The translations under genes and the position numbers were made by a program. A stretch of 64,000 nt of DNA from a virus. Positions 1 through 7,645 of the stretch are shown one piece after another. The notes beneath the pieces were generated by a model. It saw only the letters and a list, made by a program, of their open reading frames with translations. It was not told the origin of the DNA and searched no databases. How positions within the stretch are numbered: the stretch's first letter is position 1; each line of letters starts with the position of its first letter. Location: IMG/VR virus record IMGVR_UViG_3300022562_001644, positions 27,959 to 91,958 of that record. One strand, 5' to 3'.

Positions 1-216
1 AGCCACAGTCAGTCGGACAAGTGGAGCGCAGAAAAGTTGGCTCCAATTCTAAAGAAGCATGGCCATGACGTGTCCGAGCTGGCCAACGCAGACACCAAAA
101 AGGTCAAAAAGCTGCTCAAACAGGCCACCAAGGAGAATCCAGCCCTGGCCGCCGATATCGAAAAAATTCGAGAAGAGAAGCACACGACCAAATTCCAGGG
201 CTACCAGCGGAAGTAG
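1..216 (+). CDS. hypothetical protein, 5'-partial
   Basis: Frame 1 is open from base 1 to TAG at 214-216 (SHSQSDKWSAEKLAPILKKH...). Confidence 0.6.
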   Translation, partial: SHSQSDKWSAEKLAPILKKHGHDVSELANADTKKVKKLLKQATKENPALAADIEKIREEKHTTKFQGYQRK

Positions 217-237
217 TCTCGATGTAGACTCTGCAGC

Positions 238-699
238 ATGACAACTCGTCGCCAACTGTTCGGGGCCAACCAAAAGTCATCGGGTGAAGACATCATTCCG
301 GCGACCGTCAAGTTCCGCATTGACAAGAAAAAGGGCCGCATCAAACCACTCAGCTCTGAAGAGAAGATGCTTTGCGCATTGCGCAAGGTTCTCGCTTCAA
401 TGTCGGATGCCAATGATCATGGATGCCGGTACTACATTGATCGGCAAAAAGTCCAGCTCACAAAGCGTCCAGCAAGCTCGAGCGATGATGGGTCCAAAAG
501 GTCCTATAGCGCTGCAGGTCGATGTCGGCTCGGGGTTTGTCACCCAGAGGGTCATAAGAGCTCGATGTTCGTCGAGTTCAAGATCAGCTTCAAGGACATC
601 GTCGACGAGCGTGGCTTGCCCGACGTCGCTTTCTTTGACCCGACAACGATTGACGAGCTCCCTCGGAACAGCCCGCTGATTCCGACGGTGCTCCGATAG
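238..699 (+). CDS. hypothetical protein (probably leaderless)
   Basis: 153-aa ORF; TAGACT at 225-230 lies 7 nt before the ATG; no SD. Confidence 0.7.
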   Translation: MTTRRQLFGANQKSSGEDIIPATVKFRIDKKKGRIKPLSSEEKMLCALRKVLASMSDANDHGCRYYIDRQKVQLTKRPASSSDDGSKRSYSAAGRCRLGVCHPEGHKSSMFVEFKISFKDIVDERGLPDVAFFDPTTIDELPRNSPLIPTVLR

Positions 700-701
700 G
701 T

Positions 702-819
702 TGAGCACATACTGGAGGCACTCTCATAGGCCGACAGGCCTGGATCTCCTTTGCCATAAGCATGGGCCGGACACCCATGCAAAGGGGCTTTCAGTACCGG
801 CGACAGGGCCGGGTGCTCA
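702..819 (+). ncRNA. candidate structured RNA
   Basis: Nested helices 702-708/813-819, 710-719/787-796, 727-732/737-742, 760-766/774-780 and 797-801/808-812 in an intergenic gap ending at a terminator. Confidence 0.45.
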
Positions 820-822
820 TGT

Positions 823-862
823 GAAACCTCCTCTGCCTGTCTCGAGGAGGTTTCTTTTTTAG
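823..862 (+). terminator. intrinsic terminator
   Basis: GAAACCTCCTC/GAGGAGGTTTC stem followed by TTTTTTAG. Confidence 0.85.
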
Positions 863-878
863 GCATAAGACATGTACA
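862..878 (+). promoter_or_regulatory. putative phage-RNAP promoter (variant)
   Basis: GGCATAAG-ACATG-TACA directly after the terminator and before the replication operon. Confidence 0.6.
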
Positions 879-893
879 CGCAAGGAGGTGTAC

Positions 894-2285
894 ATGTCCA
901 AAAAAATTGCCCTTGTGAAGATGCCTGATAAGGCTCTCCAGAAGACAAGGCAAGAGAAATTCGCTCGCAGTGAGAAACCATTCATGATGGTTCGTGGCGA
1001 GACCATGTCTGAAGAAGACATGCATTTCGAGAGAGCCCTGGAGAGAAGAGGGCGGAGTCCGATTGATGTTCTGAAAGAGTCATCTCGGATACAGCCACCG
1101 CTTGGTAAGGGAGCGATGGTAAACCTTGAGACAGCGTTGAGCTTCCTGTCTGCGTTCGATGAAATCGTTCCGTCAGGCTCAATCAACCCAGCCCTGGCTA
1201 GCATCAAGGTTTGGTTCAACCCGGAGGAGGACTGCAAGCTTTTCATGGAGGGCGGAAGTCACTGTGTGTGGGCGATTGCAGCGATTGATGCTGATCCAAA
1301 GACAGAAAAAATCTTCACAACCCTGGTTCCGGTAAGGCGGGCGAGGAATGTGCTTAGGGCGACAAGTCAGGCACAGAGGAGTGTCATGGTTGCCGTAGAC
1401 GAGGACGGCGTCTGCCTTGGTTCTCACTCCATTCCGTTCGGTGGGAAGATTGCAGATTTTCCCGTTCAGCCAGTAATGCTGGAGCCAATCGCCAGGGCGG
1501 TGATGCCGTCATTCTATTATCGCGATGTAGCATCTAGAGTTGTTCCAGCGAGGGGACTGAACAGGCTTGAGGGCCTTGGGTCCGACAAGATCCTCCTGGA
1601 CTTCGAGTTCTGCGATGTAGACGGAGCCTCGTCCGTGGTCTGTGTCGCAGTGGCAATGGATGGAGACCGAATCCATATGTTCCAGATGCCCAGGATGGTG
1701 ATTGACCCAGAGGCAACGAGAATGCCTCCTGCGGTTCACGTAGATGCGAGTTTCTTCCGGTATCTGACGATGGTGGCAAGCGGAGACTGGACAGCTGTCG
1801 AGCTCGGGGATGAACAGGTCATCGTGAAGGGGAAGGACTTTCTGGTCATTGCTAAGGCGGTCGCCGAGAAGAAGCACTCCCCTACGAGAATTGGTGAGTG
1901 GCGAAAGATAAACGTTTCCCATGAGGGAAGCTGGCTGGTCGAGTCCGAGGGTCTCAGGGCGATGCTCGGAATGATGCCGGGCAAGTCCATTCGCATGAAA
2001 TTCGATTGCATGTACGACTCGATATCGGTCTCCGGCGTAGATAACGAGGGAACTAGGTGCAAGCGATCGATGTCGGCACAGAGGCGTGGAGGAGCGTCCT
2101 ATGTAGACGTTGAGGTGAATAAGAAATACATGCTCGAGGCGATAGATGGGTGCTCTACCAATCTTGTCCGCCTGAGCTTTGACCACGACATGGAAGAACA
2201 GCCGTCCGCCCCAATCGTGGTGCGAGGCGAAGACGAACTATTCAAGGCAATCATCATGCCTATTTCAGGAGATACCGATGCATAG
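894..2285 (+). CDS. DNA sliding clamp (DnaN/beta-clamp)-like protein
   Basis: C-terminus VNKKYMLEAI..VRLSF..APIVVRGEDELFKAIIMPI resembles the DnaN C-terminal pattern; SD AAGGAGG before ATG 894. Confidence 0.55.
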   Translation: MSKKIALVKMPDKALQKTRQEKFARSEKPFMMVRGETMSEEDMHFERALERRGRSPIDVLKESSRIQPPLGKGAMVNLETALSFLSAFDEIVPSGSINPALASIKVWFNPEEDCKLFMEGGSHCVWAIAAIDADPKTEKIFTTLVPVRRARNVLRATSQAQRSVMVAVDEDGVCLGSHSIPFGGKIADFPVQPVMLEPIARAVMPSFYYRDVASRVVPARGLNRLEGLGSDKILLDFEFCDVDGASSVVCVAVAMDGDRIHMFQMPRMVIDPEATRMPPAVHVDASFFRYLTMVASGDWTAVELGDEQVIVKGKDFLVIAKAVAEKKHSPTRIGEWRKINVSHEGSWLVESEGLRAMLGMMPGKSIRMKFDCMYDSISVSGVDNEGTRCKRSMSAQRRGGASYVDVEVNKKYMLEAIDGCSTNLVRLSFDHDMEEQPSAPIVVRGEDELFKAIIMPISGDTDA

Positions 2286-2934
2286 ATGCGGACCAAACTG
2301 CGGCGTATTAAAACGCCTTCGAAAGATTGCCCTACTCAGGGCGAATCCGGTATCGGATGAAATCATTCCTGTTAAGTCATGGTGCCGCGTTTGCGGTGTT
2401 CCAGTATTGCTTGAGGTGATGAACAGTTACGACATGGCCGTCCGACACTTCTACGCCCTGGACGACACGCCGATGGTTCACAAGGCAATCCACGCTGAAA
2501 CCTCTGGCTGGGGAGTTCATTGGCGACTGGACGATGTCTTGGCGACGGTATTTCCCCACCAGCATCCGATTGATGAGCTCTATTGGCCGATGCCGCCCTG
2601 GTGGATTGAGAACTACGGAGAGCCGCAATCCGAGGATCAGGGGATACTTATCCTCAGCCAATCGCAGATTGACAACTACGAGGAGGAGCACATGGACCTT
2701 GAGCTCCATCTGCTCTCTCGGTACCTCCGCGACAATCCCAGGGATGCAGCTCAGCTCGAGGGCGAGTACGGTGAGGTCTGGAGCGCGGAGGACGTTGGTG
2801 AGGACTTTGAGATACTGGGCTTCAAGAGCCCATTTGCCATAGCCAAATGCAGGAAGACGGGGCAGCGAGGGAGCCTGGTCTTTCAGAACAATCCAAGGTT
2901 CTACTTTGGCTGGGATCCAGAGAGGGTCATATGA
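2278..2934 (+). CDS. hypothetical protein
   Basis: AGGAG before ATG 2278; Cys-containing N-terminus; overlaps the upstream stop. Confidence 0.7.
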   Translation: MHRCGPNCGVLKRLRKIALLRANPVSDEIIPVKSWCRVCGVPVLLEVMNSYDMAVRHFYALDDTPMVHKAIHAETSGWGVHWRLDDVLATVFPHQHPIDELYWPMPPWWIENYGEPQSEDQGILILSQSQIDNYEEEHMDLELHLLSRYLRDNPRDAAQLEGEYGEVWSAEDVGEDFEILGFKSPFAIAKCRKTGQRGSLVFQNNPRFYFGWDPERVI

Positions 2935-3125
2935 ACTCCTGTGTGTTTTGCAAGAAGCCAATTGAGCCAGGAACGCCCGCCACGTCCGTTGTTGGTGGCC
3001 AATTCCCCAGGGAAGACCCCGATTTCTTCATGGTGGATGAGACGGTTCTGGCCGAGAGCTACTCGCATCTTCCCTGCCTGATAGGAGCTGTTTCAAGAGG
3101 AGGGGAATCCGGGAACAGATCGTGA
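2931..3125 (+). CDS. small Zn-finger-like protein
   Basis: CVFC...HLPC; ATGA coupling with the upstream gene. Confidence 0.6.
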   Translation: MNSCVFCKKPIEPGTPATSVVGGQFPREDPDFFMVDETVLAESYSHLPCLIGAVSRGGESGNRS

Positions 3126-3158
3126 TAGAGTCTTTGAACAAAGGACATTGCAGTCGCC

Positions 3159-3614
3159 GTGCGGGTCAAGAAGGAACTCAACACACACCACGTCAGTCGC
3201 ATCAAGGGGGAGACGAGCCGAGAGCTCGCCGACCGATGTCCAGATCGACTGGTTGTGTTTCCTTCTTCTCCGTGCACCAACGTCGGTTGCAAATACGCGA
3301 TCAAAGAACCCGGCTATATGAATTGTACGTTTGTCGCGGCAGAGGCTGGAGAGCATACGCTCGAGGCCATCGGCGACATGATGGGCATCACCAGAGAAGG
3401 TGTCCGCCTTATCGAGAGGCGCGCTCTCATAAAGATCCGGGCTCAGCTATCGCAGGATAAGCTCGATGAAACGGACCGGACCACCCAGCGTCAACCATGT
3501 TTTGCTTCAGGGGGAGATAACGTCTACCCCATCAGTGAAGTCAATAAGCTCTCGCACCCAGGTGACATCATTCCAGCTCTCAATGACAGAGAGCTGGGTG
3601 AATGCGGAGGGTGA
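3159..3614 (+). CDS. sigma70 region-4-like HTH protein
   Basis: HTLEAIGDMMGITREGVRLIERRALIKIR matches the sigma region 4.2 consensus TLEEVG..F.VTRERIRQIE.KAL.KLR; Cys-rich segment upstream. Confidence 0.75.
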   Translation: MRVKKELNTHHVSRIKGETSRELADRCPDRLVVFPSSPCTNVGCKYAIKEPGYMNCTFVAAEAGEHTLEAIGDMMGITREGVRLIERRALIKIRAQLSQDKLDETDRTTQRQPCFASGGDNVYPISEVNKLSHPGDIIPALNDRELGECGG

Positions 3615-3876
3615 ATACCGAGAACGCAAAAACCGAGTCATCGTAGAGGTGGTCGGGAAAGACTCTGCTCGAGTGGCAGAGCAGGCGAAGCTTGGTTCAT
3701 GGGTTACCCTGGAAGGTTACTTCCGCTCTGAGCTCTTCAAGGGCCAGGAGTTGACGAAAGTGCGTACTCTCTCTGTTGATATTTGGGAGAGAGATAGTGA
3801 CAAAGAGAGAGAAGCTTCAGGCTCGGTATCAGAAAGAGCTCGACAGAATGGAAAGAGAGCGCTTGCCCGGCGCTAA
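3466..3876 (+). CDS. SSB-like OB-fold protein
   Basis: VNHVLLQGEITSTP..VTSFQLSMTESW..VEVVGK..GSWVTLEGYFRS follows the SSB OB-fold pattern. Confidence 0.7.
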   Translation: MKRTGPPSVNHVLLQGEITSTPSVKSISSRTQVTSFQLSMTESWVNAEGEYRERKNRVIVEVVGKDSARVAEQAKLGSWVTLEGYFRSELFKGQELTKVRTLSVDIWERDSDKEREASGSVSERARQNGKRALARR

Positions 3877-4381
3877 GGAGGAACTCGAGCGAGGCGCGGG
3901 AGAAAAAGGAAAATGGATGCGCTCCCAGAAAGAGAAGATCGAGCGCGCCATAAGGGATGAGGATGAGATCTTGTTTGAGCGAGCTCTCGGGGGCTGGCTG
4001 AAGGGCTGGGGGACGGTCAATACTGAGATCGCCGAGAATTATCGCAAGACCGTAGAGCCCGAGATGTGGGAGCTCCGTTACGTTCGATGGATGAACATCA
4101 GGTTCATGAAGCTCGAGTGCGACATGGGAACTTTTTACATCGTCCCCAGGACTCCGAATCGCAGGCCAAAGACTGACCACTGGTTCACCGTAGACGAGAT
4201 GCTAGACATTCTCGCTGCTCCCGGTGTAGTGGCGTCATCCAAGGCGTTCGGTGCACTGCCCAGTCGCCCGGACTCTACATCCAGGCCTGGGTCTGACGAG
4301 CGCCACCTTGTGGTCAACTTTGCCGACAGTAACAAGCCTGCCGTTTACTACGACTATAGGGGGAGGCCTAGCGATGGCTGA
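3797..4381 (+). CDS. hypothetical protein
   Basis: Long ORF within the operon; GTG 3797 follows GGAGAG. Confidence 0.65.
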   Translation: MTKREKLQARYQKELDRMERERLPGAKEELERGAGEKGKWMRSQKEKIERAIRDEDEILFERALGGWLKGWGTVNTEIAENYRKTVEPEMWELRYVRWMNIRFMKLECDMGTFYIVPRTPNRRPKTDHWFTVDEMLDILAAPGVVASSKAFGALPSRPDSTSRPGSDERHLVVNFADSNKPAVYYDYRGRPSDG

Positions 4382-4871
4382 AAAGGGTTTTGTCGATGCA
4401 CTCATCAAGACAGTGAAAGATTTCGAGAATGCTGTAGCGGTTCGCCCATCCGACAACTACACGATGGGAATACCGGATGTGCTTGGCTGGATTCCGGTGA
4501 ACTCTCCCAGTCCCGTGGTCTGGGCCGTGGCCATAGAGGCCAAGGAGGTTAACCCTCTGATGGAAGACCCGTTCCACAAGGGGCGCCGAACGGGTCGGAT
4601 GCTGAAGCACGAGTTCACAGGCCCCCAGGTATCGATGTTGCGGAAGATGAAGCAGGCTGGGGTCGACGCCTTCGGTCTTGTCAGAGCCTCCAGTGATACT
4701 GCCTTCCGAATCGAGCCGGAAGATATCCCCACCAAGACAGGAAATTTCACGCACGAAGAGCTCGTGAAATTCGGCACCGTGGTCCGGCGAGAAAAAGGCA
4801 TCTGGAAATTCTGGGAGACAGACAATGATCAAGTACCTGGTTCAAGACATCGAGACGATCCCCGAGAGTGA
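4374..4871 (+). CDS. PD-(D/E)xK nuclease, Holliday junction resolvase-like
   Basis: E..F..GIPD..AIEAK..Q motif set; GGAGG SD. Confidence 0.7.
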   Translation: MAEKGFVDALIKTVKDFENAVAVRPSDNYTMGIPDVLGWIPVNSPSPVVWAVAIEAKEVNPLMEDPFHKGRRTGRMLKHEFTGPQVSMLRKMKQAGVDAFGLVRASSDTAFRIEPEDIPTKTGNFTHEELVKFGTVVRREKGIWKFWETDNDQVPGSRHRDDPRE

Positions 4872-5619
4872 GATCGTAGACATGTGGACGCCCACCGATG
4901 CGGACAAGGAGCGCTACCCCGACAGGGCACCCTTCCCGCCAATCTGGTGTCACAAGGTCATCTGTATCGGAATGCTCGCCTTGGACAAAGATTTCAAGGC
5001 CACGAAGGGTGGTTGTGCCGCCGGCGGACTGAGCGGTGGCAAATCCGAGAAGGAGATGATCGAGCGCTGGAGCTACGCGGCATCAGGCAAGATGTGGGAG
5101 CAACCGCGAGCTCTTCGCATGGTGGATTACAACGGCCGGGGTTTCGATGTCCCCGTGCTTCAGACTCGAGCTTTCCGGTATGGAATTCAACTGCCCTGGT
5201 ACTTCGGAAGGCTGCCGGACAACAAGGGAACTATCTCGACGTGGTCCAAGGAATACCGAGACCGCTACGGCGGGCATCATCTTGACATCCAGGAGCTCTG
5301 GACCAACAAGGGCTCATTCCGTTATCCGCACCTGGCCAACCTGGCATGCCTTATGGGCCTGCCTGGAAAGGTCGGGATCGACGGCAGCAAGGTTCACGAG
5401 GCCTACCTGAAGGGGCAGCGCGAGGAAATCGACATCTACTGCATGCAGGACGTCTATCAGACGGCTTTCATCTTCCAGCGGTTCCAGTACATGTCGGGGC
5501 GACTGGCTCTCGAGGGTTACCGCGAGGCGGCCACAAGTGTCCTTGATATCATCGCAAAAGAGGAGGTCCACTCTGATTTCCTTGGGCAAATCGACAAGGC
5601 TGCCGTTCTGCTCGAGTAG
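4825..5619 (+). CDS. 3'-5' exonuclease, PolB exonuclease-domain type (DEDDy)
   Basis: ExoI DIET, ExoII YNGRGFD, ExoIII YCMQD; GLPGKVGIDGSKV. Confidence 0.88.
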   Translation: MIKYLVQDIETIPESEIVDMWTPTDADKERYPDRAPFPPIWCHKVICIGMLALDKDFKATKGGCAAGGLSGGKSEKEMIERWSYAASGKMWEQPRALRMVDYNGRGFDVPVLQTRAFRYGIQLPWYFGRLPDNKGTISTWSKEYRDRYGGHHLDIQELWTNKGSFRYPHLANLACLMGLPGKVGIDGSKVHEAYLKGQREEIDIYCMQDVYQTAFIFQRFQYMSGRLALEGYREAATSVLDIIAKEEVHSDFLGQIDKAAVLLE

Positions 5620-5633
5620 TGTAGAATCGGGCC

Positions 5634-5987
5634 ATGCCCACGCTGAAGATTGACGGAACGCTGTCCTTCCCCATTGGGTCCGAGTCGAATCTTTCGAGTC
5701 GCACGTTTTCCGCACAACTCTTCTACGATGAGCGAAGCTTGGATGACGTGTCGATTCCTGGTGCTGTAGTTGACCAGGATCTCATGAGTCTTATCGCGGA
5801 TGCGAAGGCCTGTTACATCGAGGTCGTGTCGGGCGAGGGAGAGCTAAAAATCAATGGCTCAGCTCCAACCTTGCCGATCTCGGTGGATGGTGGTTTCTGG
5901 GTCTGGTTCAATCCCAACGGAGGATTGACCGCCCTCTCCATCACCACGGCCGCAGCCGCAAAGCTGCGCGTCTACATGTTCACTTGA
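5634..5987 (+). CDS. hypothetical beta-rich protein (leaderless)
   Basis: 117-aa ORF; TAGAAT at 5622-5627 lies 6 nt before the ATG. Confidence 0.7.
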   Translation: MPTLKIDGTLSFPIGSESNLSSRTFSAQLFYDERSLDDVSIPGAVVDQDLMSLIADAKACYIEVVSGEGELKINGSAPTLPISVDGGFWVWFNPNGGLTALSITTAAAAKLRVYMFT

Positions 5988-6008
5988 TCAAAACGTCTTT
6001 TTTTAGCA

Positions 6009-6037
6009 TTGACGCTTTGATGTCCCTTTCGTAGGTT
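6009..6037 (+). promoter_or_regulatory. sigma70-type promoter, leaderless transcript
   Basis: TTGACG-17 nt-TAGGTT, then 6 nt to ATG 6044. Confidence 0.7.
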
Positions 6038-6043
6038 TGGGCC

Positions 6044-6556
6044 ATGCCATCACGCTTATTTGACGCTCGAGTAAAGCTAATGAGCCAGGAGGAGGCTCGA
6101 GCGTCCCGCGAGGAAGCGAAGAAGAGAGCCCAGGAGGCGGATGACGCCATCAAGGAGCTTGAGGAGACGGACGCCGCCAGCGTCAAGCTTAGAGAGACCC
6201 TGGCCGCGGCACAGGCTGTGGCGCCGATCGTCTACAAGGAGTACCGCCGGCCTGGCTCGAAGTGGATGATCGAGCACTCCCAGGTAGGCCAAGACTACAT
6301 CTTCCAGGTCCACACCCTGAAGCCGCCGAAAATCGAGGTCCAGGGAGTACTTGGGCTGATGATCAGCGCAATGGACGTGATCTTCCCAAGATCGTTGGAT
6401 ATTCGCTATGTTCCGCCGAGCCCGCGGTACAAGCTTCAATTTTACACAATCAGGGTAGAGAAGGTGGTGGGACTGCCTGGATGGTCAACGGCCATCGAGC
6501 GGGCACTGGCCTCCCTGTCAGTCATGGACGCCTGGCCTCGCCAGGAGCGCGGCTAG
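6044..6556 (+). CDS. hypothetical protein
   Basis: 170-aa ORF with a coiled-coil N-terminus. Confidence 0.7.
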   Translation: MPSRLFDARVKLMSQEEARASREEAKKRAQEADDAIKELEETDAASVKLRETLAAAQAVAPIVYKEYRRPGSKWMIEHSQVGQDYIFQVHTLKPPKIEVQGVLGLMISAMDVIFPRSLDIRYVPPSPRYKLQFYTIRVEKVVGLPGWSTAIERALASLSVMDAWPRQERG

Positions 6557-6849
6557 CCCCGTCCACGTCGCGACATGCGACCGATGGTCTTGAGCCCCAG
6601 GGCGGCCAGGAGACCGCCGAGAGCGCCCTTCTTGAGAGCTCCCACGGCAGTCTCCTGGGGTCCGTCGTATGGGTTGGGGGAGAAGCCGGCCTTGACGCTG
6701 TCGATGGCATGGCCCCCGAGTCCTGCCAAAGCGCCGCCGACCCCGAGTCGTTCATACAGGCGGTCCGGCCCAATCCGGATTTTCGCCTGCTTAGCGAAGC
6801 CCCCCGGCCTGAGCCGGAGGAGTTCGTCGGTGAACGACTGTAGGTTCAT
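6553..6849 (-). CDS. small tagged virion/cargo protein, Gly-rich hydrophobic
   Basis: N-terminal SFTDELL...FAKQA; two Gly-rich hydrophobic segments. Confidence 0.65.
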   Translation of the reverse strand: MNLQSFTDELLRLRPGGFAKQAKIRIGPDRLYERLGVGGALAGLGGHAIDSVKAGFSPNPYDGPQETAVGALKKGALGGLLAALGLKTIGRMSRRGRG

Positions 6850-6855
6850 TGAGGT

Positions 6856-7626
6856 CTACTGGTTGGCGAACAGCGGCTGGCCAGCGCCGGTGAGCTGCAT
6901 ACGGATCGGGCGAACCTGATCGAACTGAAGACTCACGCCCTCCATGAGGAGGACAGAGCCAGAGCTGATGGACAGCTGGTGGCCCTGGATGTAGCACTCC
7001 TCGAGATAGACGGCACCGAGAGTCATGTCGAGCTGGTTGCGGAAGTAGATGCAGATACCAGTGGGCTGATTGAAGATATCCGACGCCAGGTTCATCCAGA
7101 GATCGTCATAGCCTGGATTGAACCGAACCCTGTGGAGCTCTTGCTGAAGCTGAGGAAGATTCAGCAGAGTCTTGTTGGGGTTGGGAATATCGACGCCGCC
7201 GACATTGACCGTGTCATCGCTTTCGTTCAGGAAGTTGAACTTGTCGGAAGCGGTCTGTTTGTAGTGGGCGTACAACACCTTCAGAAGGGATGGACCGTGG
7301 TAGAGGACTCGACCCAGGGTGATCGAACCAATGGTTCGGCCGGGGATGAAGTACGAGCGGCTGGAGCCAATCTCGAAGATTCGCTGAAGCTGCTTCGACT
7401 GGCTCAGGCCTACGTTCTCTAGAACTCCGATGGGGAATACCTGGTCCCCTTCGTCGTCGGTCAGGGCGTCATCGCCATTGCCGATGTCACTAAGCCGAGG
7501 AGGCCCGGCGGCGATGAGCGTTGTCTCTGCCGAGACAAATTCACCGCCGAGGAGCTCCTCTTGGACGTGGTGGTTGTGGAAGTCCCAGTTGTTGAAGGAC
7601 GTGGTTGCTGCTGGACGAAGAGGCAT
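6856..7626 (-). CDS. tail tube protein (putative)
   Basis: Directly downstream of the sheath; LQRIFEIGS..YFIPGR..GSITL; beta-rich; SD AAGGAG. Confidence 0.7.
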   Translation of the reverse strand: MPLRPAATTSFNNWDFHNHHVQEELLGGEFVSAETTLIAAGPPRLSDIGNGDDALTDDEGDQVFPIGVLENVGLSQSKQLQRIFEIGSSRSYFIPGRTIGSITLGRVLYHGPSLLKVLYAHYKQTASDKFNFLNESDDTVNVGGVDIPNPNKTLLNLPQLQQELHRVRFNPGYDDLWMNLASDIFNQPTGICIYFRNQLDMTLGAVYLEECYIQGHQLSISSGSVLLMEGVSLQFDQVRPIRMQLTGAGQPLFANQ

Positions 7627-7645
7627 TGTTTCTCCTTACCTGGGA

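Noticed and set aside
753-769. GCCATAAG as another phage promoter
   Set aside because: Mismatch in the first box, no TGAA at the fixed spacing, and it lies inside the structured RNA candidate upstream of a terminator.
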